A program made the position numbers and the translations under genes. The notes under the pieces are model-generated. The model was not told the origin of the DNA. It saw nothing but the letters and a program-made list of their open reading frames with translations, and did no database searches. From Planctomycetia bacterium (GTDB taxonomy: Bacteria > Planctomycetota > Planctomycetia > Pirellulales > PALSA-1355), in NCBI GenBank assembly GCA_016200205.1, contig JACQFF010000167.1, positions 2,791 to 66,790 of the forward strand: a DNA stretch of 64,000 nucleotides, in the 5' to 3' direction. Shown piece after piece: positions 1 through 9,552 of this stretch. The stretch's first letter is position 1, and each line of letters starts with the position of its first letter.

Positions 1-14
1 GAGAATGCGTTGAA

Positions 15-1457
15 ATGAGAACAACGCGAACGCTCGCCGTCAACTCTTGCGCGGTCGCGGCTTCAGTGATCGCGGCGGCTCTAATCGTGGCGCAGTCTCC
101 CGCCTTTGCTGCCGAAGTTGAAAGAGACGTTGTCAAGCTTTTTGAACTTGGCCAGAAAAGCACTCCGTCGGCCGTTGTGGCGGCAAGATCAGAATACGAA
201 CTGTTGAAGCAAGTCAACGCGAACGATGCGCGCATTGACTACGCATATGGAGTTGTGCTGCTGAACCAGCACAGGCATCACGATGCGCTGCCTCTCTTGT
301 CGCATTATCTGCAAACCGACAAGGCGGCGCCGACCACATATTGCGTGAGGATTTGGGGTCTCGTGCAAGACCGACGATATTCCGATGCGTTGGATGAAAT
401 GGTGGCCCTCAGCAAACGCATGCCACACAATCCCGACGCGCAAATAGCAGCCGAGTGCGAGCAAGCGTCGCGGCTTTTAGGTATCGTTTTTGGATATTTG
501 GAACTAACGCGGCCAGAAGTCGTGGCCAAGTTTAAACCATATCCCAAAGATGCGGTTCTGGCCGCGCTGGGCGACCGCTACGCGCCCGCGCTGGACGAAG
601 GCCGCAACGCGGTCGCCAGACGACTGGCCGAATTGAAAGCCAAGCGCTCGGCTACCCAAGAGCGCGCCGTGGCGATTGCACATGAGAAGTCGGATCAGGA
701 CAAAGCCGATTTGGACAAAGATCGCGACAAGATTGATTCCCAGAGACAACAAATGCAGGCGAACGCCGAGCAACTCCACGAGACAAGCCGGGAATTGAAC
801 GTCTTGCAAACTCAGCTTGCCAGTTTGCAAAATGATCGCGTGCAGGTGGGCGCTCGGGTGATAGCCTTGCAAGCCAATATCAGCGCGGTATTGGCCCTGC
901 CGGCGCCGCCGCCCTTGCCCGCGCCACCACCGATCGAGGTGCGAGATCCTACGCCTCCAATCATTATCACCAGAAGCACTTTTCATCTACAGGACGAAAT
1001 TGCGAATCTTCGCACACGCTATGGAACGGATTATCAGGATCTTTTGAAGGACTCATACGCGCGCGCTGCGGCGAGCCAGGAAGCGCGAGACGGCCCACGG
1101 CGCGACTACATGGCTTCGAACGCTATGACCGCATACGCGTTGGGCAAAAGCTTGACTGTTCTCAACAAGCAAGCCTTCGATATGGATCGCCAGATTCTGG
1201 CGTTGCAGCAGCGGGCGGCGGAGCTTGCGGGCAAGAGACAACAAGAGGCTCAATCCTTGGCACAGCGGGATGCCGTGGTTGAACAAGCCGCGAAGCATGC
1301 CAAGGTCATCGAAAAAAAGCTTCGTCGCGAGGAGGCCGCGAAGCCCAAGGCCAACATTGCCGCGCTGACCAGCCAAATGACCTCGCTGTCGACGTACCTG
1401 CCGTTTCCCTACGAGCAAGAAAAGAAACGCGTGCTCGGCTGGTTCGAGAAGGAGTAA
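15..1457 (+). CDS. secreted coiled-coil / TPR-like hypothetical protein
   Basis: 480-aa ORF with an N-terminal signal peptide (..AQSPAFA/AE). Helical repeat region, then long Q/A/E/K/R-rich coiled-coil stretches and a PAPPPLPAPPP linker. No catalytic motif seen. Confidence 0.6.
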   Translation: MRTTRTLAVNSCAVAASVIAAALIVAQSPAFAAEVERDVVKLFELGQKSTPSAVVAARSEYELLKQVNANDARIDYAYGVVLLNQHRHHDALPLLSHYLQTDKAAPTTYCVRIWGLVQDRRYSDALDEMVALSKRMPHNPDAQIAAECEQASRLLGIVFGYLELTRPEVVAKFKPYPKDAVLAALGDRYAPALDEGRNAVARRLAELKAKRSATQERAVAIAHEKSDQDKADLDKDRDKIDSQRQQMQANAEQLHETSRELNVLQTQLASLQNDRVQVGARVIALQANISAVLALPAPPPLPAPPPIEVRDPTPPIIITRSTFHLQDEIANLRTRYGTDYQDLLKDSYARAAASQEARDGPRRDYMASNAMTAYALGKSLTVLNKQAFDMDRQILALQQRAAELAGKRQQEAQSLAQRDAVVEQAAKHAKVIEKKLRREEAAKPKANIAALTSQMTSLSTYLPFPYEQEKKRVLGWFEKE

Positions 1458-1669
1458 TGGGAATCGATCCCCACCCTGACGGACGGGGCTCGCCCGGGGG
1501 CTAGTGCTGCGAGCGAGCTCGGTTTTCGCTTGGCGTCATCGCGGCGGGCCGTCATAATGGGACCGTGTCGCTCGGTTTCACCCTCTTGATTTGACTTCCA
1601 AGGAGCCCGATATGTTTGTTGTGCCACCAGCGGCGCCGTTGCCAGGCCATCTTCAAGAGACCCCCTCAC

Positions 1670-1786
1670 CCTGCCCTCTCCCACGAGGGGAGAGGGTGTT
1701 GAGGTCGGCCTGCCCTCGCCCGCGCGAAGAGAGCGTGTTGAGATGGGCCTGCCATCGCCCGCGAAGGGAGAGGGTGCGCAGAGCGG
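1670..1786. repeat. three tandem 39-nt units of a palindromic REP-like element (core CCCTCTCCC..GGGAGAGGG)
   Basis: Units start at 1670, 1709 and 1748, each beginning cctgcc(c/a)tc. Unit 1 carries the intact hairpin ccctctccc-acgag-gggagaggg; units 2 and 3 are degenerate. Confidence 0.7.
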
Positions 1787-2196
1787 CACTCGGCGTGATT
1801 GGGTTTGCGGTCCTCTGTTTGGCGAGCGCTGCCGCGGCAATCGCTGAAGAAAAGGCTCCAGCGACTCGCTTTTTCGAAATGCGGACCTACACGGCCAACG
1901 ACGGTAAGATGGCCGACTTGCACAAGCGGTTTCGCGAGCATACCAATCGGTTGTTCGAAAAGCATGGGATGACGCTCGTCGCCTATTGGACGCCCGTCGA
2001 CGGGCCCGAGGCGGCCAACACGCTGGTCTATGTATTGGCCTATCCCAGCCGCGAAGCGCGCGAAAAATCATGGAAAGATTTTCAAGCCGATCCCGAATGG
2101 CAGGCCGCGTACAAAGCCTCGCACGCGGATGGCCCGCTGGTAAAGAAGGTGGTCTCTCAATTTTTGAGCCCGACGGACTACTCGCCCATCAAGTAA
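1774..2196 (+). CDS. NIPSNAP family protein with signal peptide
   Basis: The C-terminal ~105 aa (RFFEMRTYTANDGKMADLHKRF..VYVLAYPSREAREKSW) match the NIPSNAP pattern. The track ORF starts at 1591 but its first 60 aa are a translation of the tandem repeat. A GTG at 1774 gives VRRAALGVIGFAVLCLASAAAAIA, a plausible signal peptide. Confidence 0.7.
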   Translation: MRRAALGVIGFAVLCLASAAAAIAEEKAPATRFFEMRTYTANDGKMADLHKRFREHTNRLFEKHGMTLVAYWTPVDGPEAANTLVYVLAYPSREAREKSWKDFQADPEWQAAYKASHADGPLVKKVVSQFLSPTDYSPIK

Positions 2197-2242
2197 TCGC
2201 CTCAAATCGTCTTGGGTGGGCAAAGCTACAGGAAATCACAGG

Positions 2243-2283
2243 CACCCTCACCCCGGCCCTCTCCCATTGGGAGAGAGGGAGTA
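2243..2283. repeat. fourth copy of the palindromic REP-like element
   Basis: caccctcaccccggccctctcccattgggagagaggg lies just downstream of the NIPSNAP stop. It has the same core as 1670-1708. Confidence 0.55.
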
Positions 2284-2356
2284 GCTGAACCAACTCGCGC
2301 CGGCCGGCGAAAAGGCTTCGCGGCCGGCGCAACCTTTTTGTGGAGTATACGTTGTC

Positions 2357-2797
2357 ATGTCCAATCGCGAACGCTGGACGGTCTACCCCCTGTTGTTTCT
2401 GACACTCGGAATCGTGCTCAAGGACAAGCTGACCAAATTCGTCACTACCGATGTCGTCGTTTGCAAAACGCTGGTGGTGACCGACCGCGATCGGAACGAA
2501 CGCGTGGTGGTTTCGTCCACCGCTGCCGGCGGGCTGGTGAAAGCGGAAAGCAGCAATCATCGCGTGAACGTATTGCTGGGACATACCGACAAGGTGGTCG
2601 GACTGATGTTCACCGATGGGAACAACAATTTGCTTCAGCCGAGCTTCAAGGTTCGCCCGCCCGCATCTCAGCCGCCGAGCTCGGACCAAAACTCCAAAGC
2701 CCGACCCGGCATGCCACCGGTGGATCCCGAAAACCAGCAGCCGGCGGAGGAGAACCAAGACGCTACTTCGCCCTTCCAGGAAGAGCGGGCGAAATAA
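2357..2797 (+). CDS. membrane-anchored hypothetical protein
   Basis: 146-aa ORF with one N-terminal TM helix (WTVYPLLFLTLGIVL) and a P/Q/S-rich tail. No known motif. Confidence 0.5.
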   Translation: MSNRERWTVYPLLFLTLGIVLKDKLTKFVTTDVVVCKTLVVTDRDRNERVVVSSTAAGGLVKAESSNHRVNVLLGHTDKVVGLMFTDGNNNLLQPSFKVRPPASQPPSSDQNSKARPGMPPVDPENQQPAEENQDATSPFQEERAK

Positions 2798-2814
2798 CCG
2801 CCCAAACGGTTATT
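2793..2814. terminator. 8-bp perfect hairpin spanning both convergent stop codons
   Basis: aataaccg-cccaaa-cggttatt. The TAA of the + gene (2795-2797) and the TAA of the - gene (2810-2812) sit in opposite arms. There is no U-tract, so terminator function is an inference. Confidence 0.35.
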
Positions 2815-3946
2815 GCCCGGCCGCCGCGGCGGCTTCCGCGGCCGGCTTGGCAGGCTCGATCGAGGGAATCAGTTTTCGCGCGCCGAACCGTCGCGCGCGA
2901 TATAAATCCAAGCCATGCGCGGCGTGATACAGGGCGCCGCATTCGAGATCGAAGCGTTGAGTTTTTTCGAAACAGCCCACCAGGTGGAGCGCGGCCCGGG
3001 TGACCCAAGGCTCCTTTAATTCATCGTCGCTCAAAGAGACCATCAAGAATTCGAGCGCGTGCCCGGTCGTGCTAATCCGCGCGGCAATGTCGGCCGACGT
3101 GCTCGGACGACTGAAATAATTGGTCGAAAAGCTCCCGTCGGGTTGCTGATACTCTTTGCAGGCGGCGACGGCGTCCCGGATTTTCTTGTGGGCCTTTTCC
3201 CACGTGCCGTCGGGATTGTCGGAGAGTTTGCCGCCGGCGGCCAGATAGCGATTCATGGCTACCGTCAGTCCGTACATGCGATGCGTTCCGCCACAAGCGC
3301 TTTCGGCCAGGTCTTGCTCCGCTTCCATGCGGACTATCCGTTGGATATTCCACTTGGAACCATCTTTGGCGGTCCACTCGGTGTCCAGCGGCAGATAGGT
3401 GCTAAAGGCCATCAATGTCCAGGTGGCCTCCATGCCGTCGTAGATATCCCATTGGGCTTGCGTGATCAGATCTTGGATTTTGTAAGTCTGTCCGGCCACC
3501 ACGATCGATCCCTCTGGCGACAGCCCGCTTTGCGACAAATAGCCGAGCCATTGGTCCGGATGTCCTTGGCCCATCTTTGAGCCGGCTTCGACAATCGCGG
3601 TCAGGCCGTGATCACCTTTGCGGAAGGTCCAGCCCCGCAATTCACCACCCGCAAGCAGGTACTCGAGAGCCGAGACGAGCTTGCCGTCGTGATAGATTTG
3701 AAAATCGCGCCCGAACACCAGCGCGCCGTGCACGATCTGCCAGGCCGCCTGGTCGGTGGTGTTGAGATGCCGCCTGGTGTACGTAAACTCGAGCGCCTGG
3801 TCCAACCTGTCGCGCAATTGATCGTCGCTGGGCAGTTCGGCTTTGATGGTTTTTTCCGCCGGTTTTTCGCAGCCCAGAGGAAACACACACACGCCGAACA
3901 GAAACAAAATCGCCCACCAGCCACGACGAAGTTTCGAGTAGTGCAT
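2810..3946 (-). CDS. lipoprotein of a lineage-restricted family (paralog of 58965-60377)
   Basis: 378 aa with signal plus lipobox-like FPLGC. Shares WQIVHG, CGGTHR, QQPDGSFST and TTGHALEF blocks with the 470-aa ORF at 58965. Confidence 0.75.
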   Translation of the reverse strand: MHYSKLRRGWWAILFLFGVCVFPLGCEKPAEKTIKAELPSDDQLRDRLDQALEFTYTRRHLNTTDQAAWQIVHGALVFGRDFQIYHDGKLVSALEYLLAGGELRGWTFRKGDHGLTAIVEAGSKMGQGHPDQWLGYLSQSGLSPEGSIVVAGQTYKIQDLITQAQWDIYDGMEATWTLMAFSTYLPLDTEWTAKDGSKWNIQRIVRMEAEQDLAESACGGTHRMYGLTVAMNRYLAAGGKLSDNPDGTWEKAHKKIRDAVAACKEYQQPDGSFSTNYFSRPSTSADIAARISTTGHALEFLMVSLSDDELKEPWVTRAALHLVGCFEKTQRFDLECGALYHAAHGLDLYRARRFGARKLIPSIEPAKPAAEAAAAAGQ

Positions 3947-4193
3947 TGAGATTCAGTCCTTAACTTCGAGAGAGCGCGACACGGATCACTCGCGGGCTAG
4001 AGGGAAGTTTTGGGAGGTTTGTTCCGAATTTGCCGCCGTCGTACCGGAAACAGCCGTACGCCGGAGTTTATGTTTTAAGCATTTCGGCATTTTGTGACAA
4101 CGGTTTGGACAAAAAACAAAAGACACAGAAAATACAAAGAATGTATCGATTATCGGCCGATGATCGCTTAGGTAGTCGCTCTCCATCCCGGCC

Positions 4194-5249
4194 ATGGGTT
4201 TCGCCATGCCTCGCGTTGCAGCATGGGCAGCTCGTTCGAAATTGAACGATCGCTGGCGGCTGATGTTGTTGTCGATCGCGATTCTGCTCTCGGTGTCGCT
4301 GGCCGGCGTAGCCGTGACGGCGTGGCAGTTTCAACTCGGGACGGAGCACTGGGCGTTGGTAGCCGTCGCGGAAACGCTGGTGCTGGTCATCGCCGGCGGA
4401 ACTCTGCTGGTGCGGATATGCAATCCTTTCATTCGCCGCTTGGAAGAGAGCGAAGTACGGTTGCGCGCTCAGATGCTCGCGCTGGAAACTGTGAAGGAGA
4501 GCTTGGAGGCCAAGGCAGCCGAACTGGCCAGAATCAATCGCGAACTCGACGAGTTCACCTGCATTGCCTCGCACGATCTACAAGAACCCTTGCTGGGCAT
4601 CAGCTCGTATTGCCGCATTCTCCTGGAAGATTACTCCGAAGCGCTCGATGAGGACGGCGGGCGCCGACTCAAAGCTCTTGTCGGACTGTGCGAGCGATTG
4701 AGCCGATTGATTCGCGATCTGCTCACATATTCGCAAATCGGCCGAACCCAGCCCGACGGCAGCCTGGCCGACCTGAACGAGGTCGTCCGCGACGTGCTGG
4801 AAACGCTCGGGCCCGCCGTGGATGAGCGTGGCGGCGCGGTGCGCGTGGTGGATCGGCTGCCGACCGTGACGGCCGATCGCGTGTGGGTTGGCGAAGTATT
4901 TCGCAATCTGGTTGCCAATGGGCTCAAATTCAACGAAAGCCGGCGGCCGACCGTCGAGATCGGCTGCGTGGCGGGAGAGTCCGCCACGTTCTATGTGCGC
5001 GATAATGGAATCGGAATTCCCGAGCATCACCACGAGACGATCTTTGCCATGTTTCGCCGGCTGCATTGCCGGAGCAAATACGAAGGGACCGGAGCGGGCT
5101 TGACCTTCGTCCGCAAAATTGTCGATGCGCACGGCGGCCGCGTCTGGCTCGAATCGCAGCCGGGTCGTGGATCGACGTTCTACTTCACGCTCGGGCCCGG
5201 TGGACCCCACCGCGTCCGCCGGTCGTGTGCGAAATCTGCGGCTGAGTGA
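4194..5249 (+). CDS. sensor histidine kinase
   Basis: Two N-terminal TM helices, a coiled-coil, H-box FTCIASHDLQEPL, N-box NGLKFN, and G-boxes DNGIGIP and GTGAGL. Confidence 0.85.
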   Translation: MGFAMPRVAAWAARSKLNDRWRLMLLSIAILLSVSLAGVAVTAWQFQLGTEHWALVAVAETLVLVIAGGTLLVRICNPFIRRLEESEVRLRAQMLALETVKESLEAKAAELARINRELDEFTCIASHDLQEPLLGISSYCRILLEDYSEALDEDGGRRLKALVGLCERLSRLIRDLLTYSQIGRTQPDGSLADLNEVVRDVLETLGPAVDERGGAVRVVDRLPTVTADRVWVGEVFRNLVANGLKFNESRRPTVEIGCVAGESATFYVRDNGIGIPEHHHETIFAMFRRLHCRSKYEGTGAGLTFVRKIVDAHGGRVWLESQPGRGSTFYFTLGPGGPHRVRRSCAKSAAE

Positions 5250-5553
5250 ATTCGGCCCGACAAAGTCAGTGATTTTCGCGCCCTCGATGCAAATGCAAGC
5301 CGCCTGCTCATCGAATACCCTGCGGTGATCACCGTAGCGGTCGCTCGCGCCTGCTTTGAAATCACCGAACACGTAACTCGCGACACCCCCGAAAGATATA
5401 AGCAGTTTGCCCACCCGATTTGGGGGAAATGGCGTGAACTCTGGCCAGGGAGTGATCGTAAAATAGGCCGGTGCGAGATGTTCTCTGGTCATTTGGCCGG
5501 ATGGCGCATAGAGTTATGATGTCCAAGAACGATGGCCGTCGATTTCACAAGGA

Positions 5554-6267
5554 ATGACCAATATGGGAATGGGCTTTTTTGACCCGATGTATTTGCTGTT
5601 CATCGCTCCGGCATTGCTGTTAGCGCTGTGGGCTCAGATGCGCGTCAAGGTGACGTATGCCGAGGCGCAGCAAGTGCCTGCCCCCTTGAGCGGCGCCGCT
5701 GCCGCGCGACATATTCTCGATTCGGCCGGCCTGACCAATGTGGCCATCGAACAGATCCCCGGCCAGTTGACTGACCACTACGATTCGCAAGCCAAAGTCT
5801 TGCGACTGAGCCCGGAAGTTTACCAAGGCCGCTCGCTGGCGTCGGTGGGCATCGCCGCGCACGAATCGGGCCATGCGCTGCAAGACGCCCGCGGCTACGC
5901 CCCGCTGGTGATCCGCAACGCCGCCGTGCCGGCCGCCAGTTTCGGCAGCGGCATCGGGGTATGGATGATCATCATCGGGTTTATTTTGAGTCGCTTTGTC
6001 CCGTGGTGGCCTCTGGTGGCCTGGGCGGGCGTCGGCACGTTTGCGTGTGTCGTGTTCTTCCAGATCATCAATTTGCCGGTGGAATTCAACGCCAGCTCGC
6101 GGGCTAAGGCCCAATTGGTCGATTTGGGCATCATCAATCGCGAAGAACTCACCTATGTCAACAAAGTCCTCGACGCGGCGGCCTGGACCTACGTGGCGGC
6201 CACGCTGCTGTCGATCATGATTTTGCTGTACTACGTCGTACGGTTAATGGGCGCCGAGCGACGTTGA
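5554..6267 (+). CDS. YugP-type membrane zinc metallopeptidase
   Basis: FDPMYLLFIAP start, DHYD, the HESGHALQD zinc motif and C-terminal TM helices. This is the YugP (Zn_peptidase_2) layout. Confidence 0.85.
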   Translation: MTNMGMGFFDPMYLLFIAPALLLALWAQMRVKVTYAEAQQVPAPLSGAAAARHILDSAGLTNVAIEQIPGQLTDHYDSQAKVLRLSPEVYQGRSLASVGIAAHESGHALQDARGYAPLVIRNAAVPAASFGSGIGVWMIIIGFILSRFVPWWPLVAWAGVGTFACVVFFQIINLPVEFNASSRAKAQLVDLGIINREELTYVNKVLDAAAWTYVAATLLSIMILLYYVVRLMGAERR

Positions 6268-6375
6268 TTGAGCTGTTCGGTCGCTCTGGCGGCTACAATG
6301 ATTGGAAAAAAGGCCTCGGGCAATTGCCCGGGGCCTTAGCGTTGATTGGGCCGTGCAAATTGCGCCGATCGTTTT

Positions 6376-7572
6376 TTACGTTCGCGCTCGCGGATGTCGC
6401 AACGAGACCCAGGCCCCGTTGGCGGCACTGCTGGCAACGCACTGCTGGATGAAATACATCCCCTCCAAGCCGTCGTTGACGTTGGGATAGATCGTGTTGA
6501 CGGCGTCGAACCTTTGGCCCGTGGCCCGCAGCGCCATGTTGTCGTACGCGGCCCGATAAATGTTGGCGAAGGCCTCGAAGAATGCCTCGGGATGCCCACT
6601 GGGCAGGCGGCAGGCGGCTTTGCCCGCGTCATTCATATACGGCGCATTGGGGTCGCGGGTATAGATCGCATGCGGCTGACCGTTGCGGCGAAAGATCATC
6701 GCGTTGGGCTCTTCCTGCCGCCATTGAAGCGCGCCCTTGGTGCCGTCGATTTCGATCGACAGGTCGTTTTCGCGGCCATGGCTGACCTGCGAAGCAGTGA
6801 CGCTGCCCAGCGCGCCGTTTTCGAAGTGGATCACGGCCTGGCCGTAATCGTCGAGCTTTCGCCCGCTCTCGAAAATCTTCAGGCTGCAAGCGACCGATTC
6901 CGGTTTGAGTCCGCTCATGAAGCGGGCCAGATTGTAGGCGTGCGTGCCGATGTCGCCGAAGCAGCCCGCGGCGCCGCTGCGGGCCGGATCGGTGCGCCAC
7001 GAGGCTTGTTTTTGATTTTCGTTTTCGATCCGAGTCCGCAGCCAACCTTGGAAATAACAAGCCCGCACGGCGTTGATTTCGCCCAACTCGCCCGAGAGGA
7101 TCATCTGCCGAGCCTGCCGCACGAGCGGGTAGCCGGTGTAATTGTGGGTGACGGCCAGCACGGCTCCCGAATCGTCGACGATCGCGGCCAACTGTTCGGC
7201 CTGCTCCAGATTGAAGGTCATTGGCTTGTCGCAAACCACGTTGAATCCCGCTTCCAGGGCCGCCTTGGCGATCTCGAAGTGGGTGTGGTTCGGAGTCGCC
7301 ACGGTGACGAAGTCGATCCGCTCATCGGCGGACAACTTCAATTCGGCAGCCAACATTTCGGCGTACGAGCCGTAAGCCCGAGCGGGCGGAATATCGTAAT
7401 CGGGCGCCGAGGCTTTGGCTTTTTTCGGATCCGACGACAAGGCCCCGGCCACAAGCGCCGCCCGATTGTCGAGCACGGCCGCGGTCGAGTGCACGCGGCC
7501 GATGAACGCGCCTTGGCCGCCGCCGACCAAACCCATTCGCAGCTTTCGATTCAACGCTCCATTGGTGGACAT
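6376..7572 (-). CDS. Gfo/Idh/MocA family oxidoreductase
   Basis: N-terminal Rossmann motif LRMGLVGGGQGAFIGRVH. Length (398 aa) and the central EKP-like CDKPM motif fit the family. Confidence 0.85.
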   Translation of the reverse strand: MSTNGALNRKLRMGLVGGGQGAFIGRVHSTAAVLDNRAALVAGALSSDPKKAKASAPDYDIPPARAYGSYAEMLAAELKLSADERIDFVTVATPNHTHFEIAKAALEAGFNVVCDKPMTFNLEQAEQLAAIVDDSGAVLAVTHNYTGYPLVRQARQMILSGELGEINAVRACYFQGWLRTRIENENQKQASWRTDPARSGAAGCFGDIGTHAYNLARFMSGLKPESVACSLKIFESGRKLDDYGQAVIHFENGALGSVTASQVSHGRENDLSIEIDGTKGALQWRQEEPNAMIFRRNGQPHAIYTRDPNAPYMNDAGKAACRLPSGHPEAFFEAFANIYRAAYDNMALRATGQRFDAVNTIYPNVNDGLEGMYFIQQCVASSAANGAWVSLRHPRART

Positions 7573-7880
7573 ATTCCAGCAGCTCCTGAAAAAACGCTAA
7601 TCCACAAGCGACGGTCGAGCGCCGCTTGCCCGAGCAACCGATGCCTTTCGTCCGTTTGCTCATGAAAACCCGCAAGGCGTCTCCTTTTTAACACATGCAA
7701 ATCGCGTCGCCAGCCGTTTTTTTAAAATTCAGTGGGCGCTCGCGACGAGCCAGCCCGAGCGCGGCTGTGGTGCCGCCCAATACCCGAAGTTTGCGAACGC
7801 AATTCGCTTTAGCGCTCGCGCTTAACTTCGGCTGGCATTTGGCTGGCCAACGCGGTACGATCCAGGAATGTAGGCAAGAG

Positions 7881-8435
7881 ATGTCGCGAATTCCCGCGAA
7901 ATCGCGAGGGGAACGCATGTGGAACTCGAAACTGACGTGGCTGGTGCTGGGCCTCGCCGCCGGCCTGGTGGTGGGTTTGAATGTCGCGGGCCTGTGGCCG
8001 CAAGTGCCGTTGCACGCCGTAGCCACACATGGCCAGGACAACTTCGCGATCTGCACCGGTCCGATGGATTCGGACGTGGAAGCGGTCTTCGTCTTGGACT
8101 TCGTTACCGGTGACCTCAAAGCCGCCGCGCTCAACGTGCAAACGCGCCGCTTCAACACGCTTTTCGAGTACAATGTGGTCCGCGACTTTCCCGCAACGAA
8201 TACCAAGAATCCCCACTACCGCATGGTCACCGGCATTACCAACATTCGCCAGGTCGTGGCGGCCGGCCAGTTGGGCAATGCTGTGGTGTACGTGGCGGAA
8301 GTCACTAGCGGCCAGATGGTGGCGTATGGCGTGCCTTGGGTACCTGGCCGGGCCAGCTCGCCGATCCCGTTCAAAGGCACGCTCATCCCCTTGGACCGGT
8401 GGCCCTATCGCACGACCGCCATCCGCAATCCCTAA
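7881..8435 (+). CDS. hypothetical membrane-anchored protein
   Basis: The track ORF starts at 7695. Internal ATGs at 7881 and 7917 precede a TM helix (LTWLVLGLAAGLVVGL). No known motif; start uncertain. Confidence 0.5.
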   Translation: MSRIPAKSRGERMWNSKLTWLVLGLAAGLVVGLNVAGLWPQVPLHAVATHGQDNFAICTGPMDSDVEAVFVLDFVTGDLKAAALNVQTRRFNTLFEYNVVRDFPATNTKNPHYRMVTGITNIRQVVAAGQLGNAVVYVAEVTSGQMVAYGVPWVPGRASSPIPFKGTLIPLDRWPYRTTAIRNP

Positions 8436-8453
8436 GGACTCCGTAGACGCACC

Positions 8454-8654
8454 GTGAAGATTCTGGTCAATGGCACGCCGCGCGAGGTGCCCGAGACAAC
8501 CACCGTCGCCGACTTGCTTTCGCAACTGGAAATGACTGCCAGCCACGTGGCGGTCGAGGTAAACTTAGAGCTGGTGCCGCGCGCTCGCCATCATGAATTT
8601 CAGCTTCGCGAGGCAGATCGCTTGGAAGTCGTGACTTTAGTGGGAGGGGGATGA
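8454..8654 (+). CDS. thiS: sulfur carrier protein ThiS
   Basis: 66 aa with a MKILVNG start and C-terminal VGGG, immediately upstream of thiG. Confidence 0.8.
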   Translation: MKILVNGTPREVPETTTVADLLSQLEMTASHVAVEVNLELVPRARHHEFQLREADRLEVVTLVGGG

Positions 8655-8658
8655 ATCG

Positions 8659-9510
8659 ATGACCGCTGGCGCGCATATTCCGGATACTCAACTGGGCGAT
8701 CACTTGCAGGTTGGCACTCACTCGCTCGCCAGCCGGCTGATCGTCGGCACCGGCAAGTACGCCAGTTATGAACTGATGGGCGAAGCTCTGGCCCTCTCGG
8801 GCACCGACTGCATCACCGTCGCGGTCCGGCGCGAACGCCTGGTCGACGCGCGCGGCCAGAATATTCTCGATTTTCTGGATACCAGCCGCTATACGCTGTT
8901 GCCCAATACGGCCGGCTGCTTTTCGGCCGAAGATGCCGTGCGTGTGGCGCGGCTGGGGCGCGAGATTCTCTTCGGCTTGGAAAACCCCGGCGCCGATTGG
9001 GTGAAACTCGAAGTGCTGGCCGATACTAAAACCCTCTTGCCCGATCCGGTCGCGACGCTCCAAGCCACCGAGCTTTTGGTCGCCGACGGTTTTCAGGTTC
9101 TGTGCTATACGAGCGACGATCCGATCGTCGCGCGGCGGCTGAAGCAAGCCGGCGCGACGAGCGTGATGCCGGCCGGCAGCCCGATCGGTTCGGGACAGGG
9201 AATCCTTAACCCCAACAACATCCGTATCTGCCTGGAATATCTCAAAGACGGCGATCCCGACTATCCGGTCATCGTCGATGCCGGTGTCGGCACCGCCAGC
9301 GACGTGACGATCGCCATGGAACTGGGCGTCGACGGCGTGCTCTTGAACACGGGCATCGCGCATGCGACCGATCCGCTGCAAATGGCGCTAGCCATGAAAG
9401 CCGGCATCGAGGCCGGCCGGCTGGCCTATTTGGCCGGCCGCATTCCCAAGAAGCTCTACGCCACTGCCAGCAGCCCCGAAACGGGCACCATCGCGCCGAA
9501 GCCGCGGTAG
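8659..9510 (+). CDS. thiG: thiazole synthase ThiG
   Basis: Contains [15 protein letters not shown], the ..LPNTAGC.. block and PIGSGQG, matching ThiG along its whole length. Confidence 0.9.
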   Translation: MTAGAHIPDTQLGDHLQVGTHSLASRLIVGTGKYASYELMGEALALSGTDCITVAVRRERLVDARGQNILDFLDTSRYTLLPNTAGCFSAEDAVRVARLGREILFGLENPGADWVKLEVLADTKTLLPDPVATLQATELLVADGFQVLCYTSDDPIVARRLKQAGATSVMPAGSPIGSGQGILNPNNIRICLEYLKDGDPDYPVIVDAGVGTASDVTIAMELGVDGVLLNTGIAHATDPLQMALAMKAGIEAGRLAYLAGRIPKKLYATASSPETGTIAPKPR

Positions 9511-9552
9511 TCGGACCGACCGTCTAACATATCTGAGCAACTCACGACGGGC

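Noticed and set aside
1591-1773. N-terminal 60 codons of track ORF 1591-2196 with an apparent 13-aa tandem protein repeat
   Set aside because: The repeat is the translation of a 39-nt palindromic intergenic element that also occurs downstream of the gene. The composition is Pro/Arg-rich. A GTG at 1774 gives a normal signal peptide in front of the NIPSNAP domain.
5250-5492. Head of minus-strand ORF 4578-5492 (MTREHLAPAYFTITPWPEFTPFPPNRVGKLLISFGG..) that looks protein-like for about 80 codons
   Set aside because: The frame has no stop until 4578. It would therefore overlap the well-supported histidine kinase gene by ~670 nt in antisense, and I could not assign it to a family. It may be another gene remnant, but it is not supportable as a CDS.
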